From: Dehalococcoidia bacterium
Lineage (GTDB): Bacteria > Chloroflexota > Dehalococcoidia > UBA2979
Length of the DNA: 64,000 bases
NCBI GenBank assembly: GCA_965262725.1
Contig: OZ253555.1
Span: forward strand, 2,720,001 to 2,784,000
Reading direction: 5' to 3'
A model generated the notes under the pieces. That model had not been told where the DNA came from and did not search any database. It saw only the letters and a program-made list of their open reading frames with translations. Positions 59,585 through 64,000 of this stretch are shown here, in pieces (within the stretch, counting starts at the first letter, position 1; each line of letters begins with the position of its first letter). The position numbers and the translations under genes are program-made.

Positions 59585-59682
59585 GTCGCGCCGGTGTACC
59601 GGGGTGGGGCAATGGCGGAGGCGACTACCCGGTCGCACCGCGCCAACGCCACGCCTCGTCCCGACGCCCCCGCGCCCGCGTC

Positions 59683-60165
59683 TCACAGGCCGACGGATGA
59701 CATCGCGCCGACGTAGCCCCCGCGCGGGGGCCCGAAGCCGGATTCCGCGAACTCGCAGAAACGCGTGGAGAAGCCATAGCGGGAGAGCTCGTTCACCGGA
59801 ACGAAGGCGACGTCGGATATCGGGTTGGCATCGTGGGTGTTGTCCGGGCGGCGGAGAGCGCCGCCCGAGCGGCTCACGGAAAAGGTGACGTGGAGGAGCG
59901 GCGGGTCACGGTCGAGGCGCTCGCCGACCCAGAGTAGCCCGGTGACGTTCGCCCGGATCCCGGTCTCCTCGAGGAGCTCGCGGACGCAGGCGCTCTCGAG
60001 TGACTCGCCGGGGTCGACGCGGCCTCCGGGGAGGGACCATGCCCGGCCGTCCCAGAGCTTCTGACGGACGAGGAGGAGGCGGCCGCTCTCGACGAGGATC
60101 GCGGAGACGCGGACGACGAAGCTCGCGTGGCCCTGCTCGCCGGGCACCGTCCCCGCCTCACCCAT
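59683..60165 (-). CDS. NUDIX hydrolase
   Basis: Nudix box 'PGGRVDPGESLESACVRELLEETG'. Confidence 0.92.
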   Translation of the reverse strand: MGEAGTVPGEQGHASFVVRVSAILVESGRLLLVRQKLWDGRAWSLPGGRVDPGESLESACVRELLEETGIRANVTGLLWVGERLDRDPPLLHVTFSVSRSGGALRRPDNTHDANPISDVAFVPVNELSRYGFSTRFCEFAESGFGPPRGGYVGAMSSVGL

Positions 60166-60276
60166 CCGCTCACCTCGCGAGAGCCCCTCGGCCAACCCCG
60201 GGGACGGCGGTCACGGCCGTCCCTGCCGGCGCCGCCGCCTGGCGGCGGGCCGACCCGCCGGGGCGGCGAACGGCGG

Positions 60277-60750
60277 TCAGACGCCCTGCGCCGCGGGCAC
60301 CAGCTCGAGCAGCAACTCCTCGATCTGTCGGTAGTCGGCCTCACTGATGCGGTGGAGATTGCCGCGAAAGGCCATGCCGAGCTTCTTCGGGCCGTAGCGG
60401 CGGGTCTTCTCCAGGAGGTCGGTCACCTCCCGGACGTCCACGTAGTGGCCGGGCGGGGGGACCACGACGGGACTGGTGGGGATGCGGAACGGGAAACGCT
60501 CGCCGGGCTTACCCTCGGATTGTAGGCCGATCTCGGACTCATCCTCGTAGCCCTCGCCCGTCACCTCTGCGATGCCCCCGAACTGCACGACCTTCGTGAG
60601 GTAGAAGACGAGCCGGTCCCCCGGTCGCATCGCCTCGGTTTCCCGCCTTCTGGAGGACTTGAAGGCGCAGAGGTCGAAGTCGCGCCCTCGCAGCGTCTCG
60701 AAGTTCTCGGCCGATCCGACCACGATCCACGCCTGCATCGCATTCCCCAT
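60277..60750 (-). CDS. EVE domain protein
   Basis: 'WIVVGSAENF', 'MRPGDRLVFY', 'GIAEV', 'ISEADY'. Confidence 0.82.
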   Translation of the reverse strand: MGNAMQAWIVVGSAENFETLRGRDFDLCAFKSSRRRETEAMRPGDRLVFYLTKVVQFGGIAEVTGEGYEDESEIGLQSEGKPGERFPFRIPTSPVVVPPPGHYVDVREVTDLLEKTRRYGPKKLGMAFRGNLHRISEADYRQIEELLLELVPAAQGV

Positions 60751-60871
60751 CCGTCGAACGGACGCGCAGAGGGGCGCGCCGCGCACGCCTCAGGATAACG
60801 GACCGCCCCGGCGGGCGGCGGTAGGATCTCGCGGGCACCGGGGTCCCGGTTCATCTCCCGGGGGAGGGCTC

Positions 60872-61594
60872 ATGCGCGAACTCAGACGCTGGGAAGCGGG
60901 GACGTCCATCGTCGTGCGCTACGTCGGGCACGTCGACGGCATCCTTCACGGCCGGCCGCACCTCGTCGTCCGCGACGACGCAGCACTCCTCGCGCTCTAC
61001 CTGCCGGCGGGCACGGAGCTCGGCCTTGAGTACGACGAGCGGCTCGACCGGCTCTCGCGCTCCGAAGGGGAGCGCGCCGCGCGCGCCGAAGCCGCCGCCG
61101 CGACCCGCGTCTGGCGGGAGTTCGACGTCCTGCGCTTGATGCCGGCCGGGGCCCGCCATTCGACCTGGCTCTTCTGGCGGGACGGCCGGCACCTCGGCTG
61201 GTACGTCAACATGGAGGCGCCCTACCGCCGGCACGCACTCGGCATCGACACGACCGACAACATCGTCGATCTCTGGGTCACGCCCGATCTCACGTGGCGC
61301 TGGAAGGACCTCGAGGAGCTTGAGCAGCGCGTCGAGCGCGGGCACATCCATCCCGACGAGGCGGCGTCATTCCGCCGTGAGGGCGAGCGGGTGATCGCGG
61401 CTGTCGAGGCGCGAGCGTCGCCGTTCAGCGACGGCTGGGAGCGATGGACCCCCGACACGGCGTGGCCGATTCCGACGCTGCCAGCGGGCTGGGCCGAGTT
61501 CCACGGGCGGGAGACAGACCTCAACCGGGGGCCCCCGGCCGACCCTCCGGCGGGGAGCGCTGCGGGCGTGGCCGAGCCCCAGGGCCCCGCCTAG
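60872..61594 (+). CDS. DUF402 domain protein
   Basis: 'GWYVNMEAP', 'DTTDNIVDLWV', 'WKDLEE'. Confidence 0.85.
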   Translation: MRELRRWEAGTSIVVRYVGHVDGILHGRPHLVVRDDAALLALYLPAGTELGLEYDERLDRLSRSEGERAARAEAAAATRVWREFDVLRLMPAGARHSTWLFWRDGRHLGWYVNMEAPYRRHALGIDTTDNIVDLWVTPDLTWRWKDLEELEQRVERGHIHPDEAASFRREGERVIAAVEARASPFSDGWERWTPDTAWPIPTLPAGWAEFHGRETDLNRGPPADPPAGSAAGVAEPQGPA

Positions 61595-62088
61595 TGGCAG
61601 GCGCGGGCCGTGCCGCCGCCGTCGGCGGCCTGGAACGACGACCCGCAGGCGCAGGAGGAGACGGCGTTCGGGTTGTAGATCGTGAAGCCCGACTTCATCA
61701 GGTCCTCGACGTAGTCGATCTCGGCGCCCCCGAGCAGCTCGCGCGAGTCGGGGTCGACGACGATGCGCACGCCATCGGCCTCGATGACGGTGTCGTCGCT
61801 CTCGACCTCCTTGGCGAGCGCCATCCCGTACTGGTAGCCGGAGCAGCCGCCACCCACCACGAAGACGCGCAGCGCGCCCGCCGGGAGGCCCTTCTGCACC
61901 ATCAACTCGCCCGCCTTCTCCGCCGCCCGCGGCGTGATGGTGACGATGACGGGGGGCGCCATCAGCGCCGGCGCGAGTGCGCCTCCGGTGAGATCCCGTC
62001 CACCCACAAGGTCACGAGAGGCCACGCCGCCGGGGGCGCCCGTGAGATCGCGCCCAGCAGGCGCAGTGAGATCACGCTGTAGAGTCAT
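61591..62088 (-). CDS. HesB/IscA/ErpA A-type Fe-S carrier with N-terminal repeat extension
   Basis: 'GGGCSGYQY', 'IDYVE', 'NPNAVSSCACGSSF'; SD GGAGG before ATG 62088. Confidence 0.92.
   Translation of the reverse strand: MTLQRDLTAPAGRDLTGAPGGVASRDLVGGRDLTGGALAPALMAPPVIVTITPRAAEKAGELMVQKGLPAGALRVFVVGGGCSGYQYGMALAKEVESDDTVIEADGVRIVVDPDSRELLGGAEIDYVEDLMKSGFTIYNPNAVSSCACGSSFQAADGGGTARACH
61987..62076 (-). repeat. Four in-frame 12-bp repeats encoding RDL[T/V]
   Basis: Plus-strand GGTGAGATCCCG (61987), CACAAGGTCACG (62005), CGTGAGATCGCG (62041), AGTGAGATCACG (62065). Confidence 0.7.
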
Positions 62089-62222
62089 CGCTCGCCCTCC
62101 GCACCGGGCACCTGAACGGCCGCCGGGCATGGCCCGCGACGGCGACAGGGTGCCTCGTACAGATGATAGTCGGACGCTCGCGCGCCGTCCATGAAGCCGC
62201 CCCGGGTCCCGGGCCTGATCCC

Positions 62223-63011
62223 CTAGCGCGGCGCGCCGGCGAGCCCTTCCTCCGCCTCCTCCCTCATCTCGGTCAACACGTAACCGGAGAGGAAATCGTG
62301 CGGAAGCGCGTCGGCCGGAAGCGGCTCGACCCGGACACGGAGCAGCTGCTGCAGGAGCAGCCGGTCGTGCGCACAGTCGTTCGCCGGGAGTTCCTCGGGG
62401 AACCCAGCGGTCCGGGCCCGGACGCGACCGGAGGCGGCCACGCGGCGGCAGGGACAGCCGCGACCCAGGATGCGCAGCCCCGCTGGCGCCTCGGCGCCGG
62501 GCCGGCCGAGGTCCACCTCGAAGTCGATCCCCTCCTCAGAGAGGAGCGCGACACAGGAGAGCGCCCGCTCCTCGAGCGTGCGTCCGACCACGCGCGGCGC
62601 GCACTCCGCGGCAAGCCGATCGGCGAGCTTAGAGAAGACCAGTTCCGCGAGATCGCGGCCGTCGCGGCCCGCGGTCTCGGCGGGGGAGAGCGCGACGATC
62701 TCCTCGAGCAGCCGCTGCGTGAGCCGGATGTAGTGGTGGGGGGCGGCGTCGGCGCCTGCCTCGGTAATCGAGAAGGCGTAGCGCGGGCGCCCCGGGCCGC
62801 TCCGCACCTGCGTCACGGAGATGAAGCCGTCCCGGAGCAGGACGTCGAGATGACGGCGGACCGTGGCGCCCGCGAGACCGAGCTCGCGCGCCAGTTGATC
62901 GACGGAGACGCCGTCCTCGCGGCGGAGGATCCCGAGTATCGCTTCTCGCGTGCCCTCGACACGCGGAGTCATTCCGCGGGCGGGCGTGGGGATCCCCGGA
63001 GAGTGCGCCAT
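62223..63011 (-). CDS. Second SufR-like wHTH regulator
   Basis: 'LARELGLAGATVRRHLDVL', 'GPGRPRYAFSIT', 'PHHY'; C-terminal CPC...CAHD. Confidence 0.82.
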   Translation of the reverse strand: MAHSPGIPTPARGMTPRVEGTREAILGILRREDGVSVDQLARELGLAGATVRRHLDVLLRDGFISVTQVRSGPGRPRYAFSITEAGADAAPHHYIRLTQRLLEEIVALSPAETAGRDGRDLAELVFSKLADRLAAECAPRVVGRTLEERALSCVALLSEEGIDFEVDLGRPGAEAPAGLRILGRGCPCRRVAASGRVRARTAGFPEELPANDCAHDRLLLQQLLRVRVEPLPADALPHDFLSGYVLTEMREEAEEGLAGAPR

Positions 63012-63020
63012 GGCCGGGCG

Positions 63021-63050
63021 ATCGTATTGCCGCTCGCCCCGGGGCGTCAA
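63021..63050 (-). promoter_or_regulatory. sigma70 promoter of the second SufR-like gene
   Basis: TTGACG(63050-63045)-18 nt-TACGAT(63026-63021), 9 nt before ATG 63011. Confidence 0.6.
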
Positions 63051-63145
63051 AGTTTCTCTCGTTGGGAGCGAAAAACATTCGTCAGCGCACGCCCCCGAGG
63101 CGCTGCGGTAGGCTCGGGGGAACGCGTGACCGGCCGGGAGGGCCG

Positions 63146-64000
63146 ATGACTGCCGAGAGCCGCGTCTACCTCGACCACGCCGCCACCACGCCGGTGGATC
63201 CGGGCGTGGTCGAGGCAATGCTCCCCTATCTTCGCGAGCGCTGGCACAACCCCTCCTCGATCTACGTGGAGGCACAAGCCGCGCGGCGCGCGCTTGACGA
63301 CGCGCGCGAGACAGTCGCCCGGGCGATCGGCGCCGACAGCAGCGAAGTGATCTTCACCTCGGGCGGATCCGAGGCGAACGCGCTCGCGCTGCGGGGCGTG
63401 CTGGAGGCGAGCCGCGCACGCGGGCGCCACATTGTGACGAGCGCGGTCGAGCATCACTCCGTGCTCGACACCGCCGAGCAGATGGAGCGCGCAGGGGACG
63501 CGGAGGTGACCGTGGTCGGCGTCGATCGCGAGGGTTGCGTCGATCCCGCCGCCGTCTCAGACGCCGTTAGGGACGACACAGTCCTAGTCTCCGTGATGCA
63601 CGCGAACAACGAGGTCGGGGCGCTCAACGACATCGCCGCCGTCGCGGACGCCGTCCGCGAGCGCGCGCCGGGCGCCGTAGTGCACACCGACGCGGTCCAG
63701 TCGGCGGCGCATCTCGGCTTCTTTCCGGGAGGGGTCGATGTCGAGAGGCTCGGGGTCGACCTGCTGACCCTGACCGCCCACAAGCTCTACGGACCGCGCG
63801 GGGCGGCGGCGCTCTACGTCCGGGCGGGGACGCCCGTTGCCCCGCAGATACTGGGCGGCGCGCAGGAGCGCCGCCTGCGCGCCGGCACGGAGGACACGCC
63901 TGCCATCATCGGGCTCGCCGCCGCCGTCCGGCTCGCCGCCGAGCGCCGCGAAGCCGATCTCTCTCACGAGCGGGCGCTGCAGGAGCGGCTGCTCGCCGAG
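63146..64000 (+). CDS. iscS: Cysteine desulfurase, IscS/NifS type; 3'-truncated by window edge
   Basis: Translated by hand: 'VYLDHAATTP', 'NPSSIY', 'FTSGGSEAN', 'MHANNEVG', 'HTDAVQ', 'TAHKLYGP', 'RAGTE'; SD GGGAGG. Confidence 0.93.
   Translation, partial: MTAESRVYLDHAATTPVDPGVVEAMLPYLRERWHNPSSIYVEAQAARRALDDARETVARAIGADSSEVIFTSGGSEANALALRGVLEASRARGRHIVTSAVEHHSVLDTAEQMERAGDAEVTVVGVDREGCVDPAAVSDAVRDDTVLVSVMHANNEVGALNDIAAVADAVRERAPGAVVHTDAVQSAAHLGFFPGGVDVERLGVDLLTLTAHKLYGPRGAAALYVRAGTPVAPQILGGAQERRLRAGTEDTPAIIGLAAAVRLAAERREADLSHERALQERLLAE

Noticed and set aside
59461-59682. SAM-I riboswitch expected upstream of yitJ
   Set aside because: The conserved ATC-x-AGAG, GCAAC and GTGC core segments are not found in order

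Overview
This is a gene-dense, very GC-rich bacterial chromosomal segment. Its gene content (many hotdog/MaoC proteins, DinB paralogs, an orphan Tat-lipoprotein SBP5, SufR, SigK/RskA) suggests Chloroflexota, probably Dehalococcoidia; that assignment is an inference. Main contents: (1) a classical o-succinylbenzoate menaquinone operon menF-D-H-B-A-C-E that continues into PHP, two hotdog, DoxX and SRPBCC genes; (2) acsA plus citrate synthase; (3) MmgE/PrpD, a LonC-type protease, a HAD hydrolase and an MFS transporter; (4) glcDEF; (5) a complete SUF operon sufR-C-B-D-Rieske fdx-S-U-T; (6) an ECF sigma/anti-sigma pair; (7) fur-gltD-like-hotdog cluster; (8) yitJ-dinB-dinB-alkA then ald-MFS; (9) NUDIX, EVE and DUF402 genes; (10) a second SufR-like regulator with iscA, divergent from iscS, which runs off the window end. 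I saw no rRNA, complete tRNA, CRISPR array, integrase or transposase. The most unusual signals are Fe-S related: a Rieske-fold protein with Asp/Ala in place of its cluster ligands, a second SufR-like regulator with rearranged Cys ligands in the position usually taken by IscR, and an IscA with RDLT tandem repeats. Also notable are the hotdog/START/DoxX extension of the men operon, a ~100-nt structured RNA candidate upstream of yitJ, and two genes that appear to need non-canonical start codons. All product calls come from recognising motifs by eye; no database search was run.
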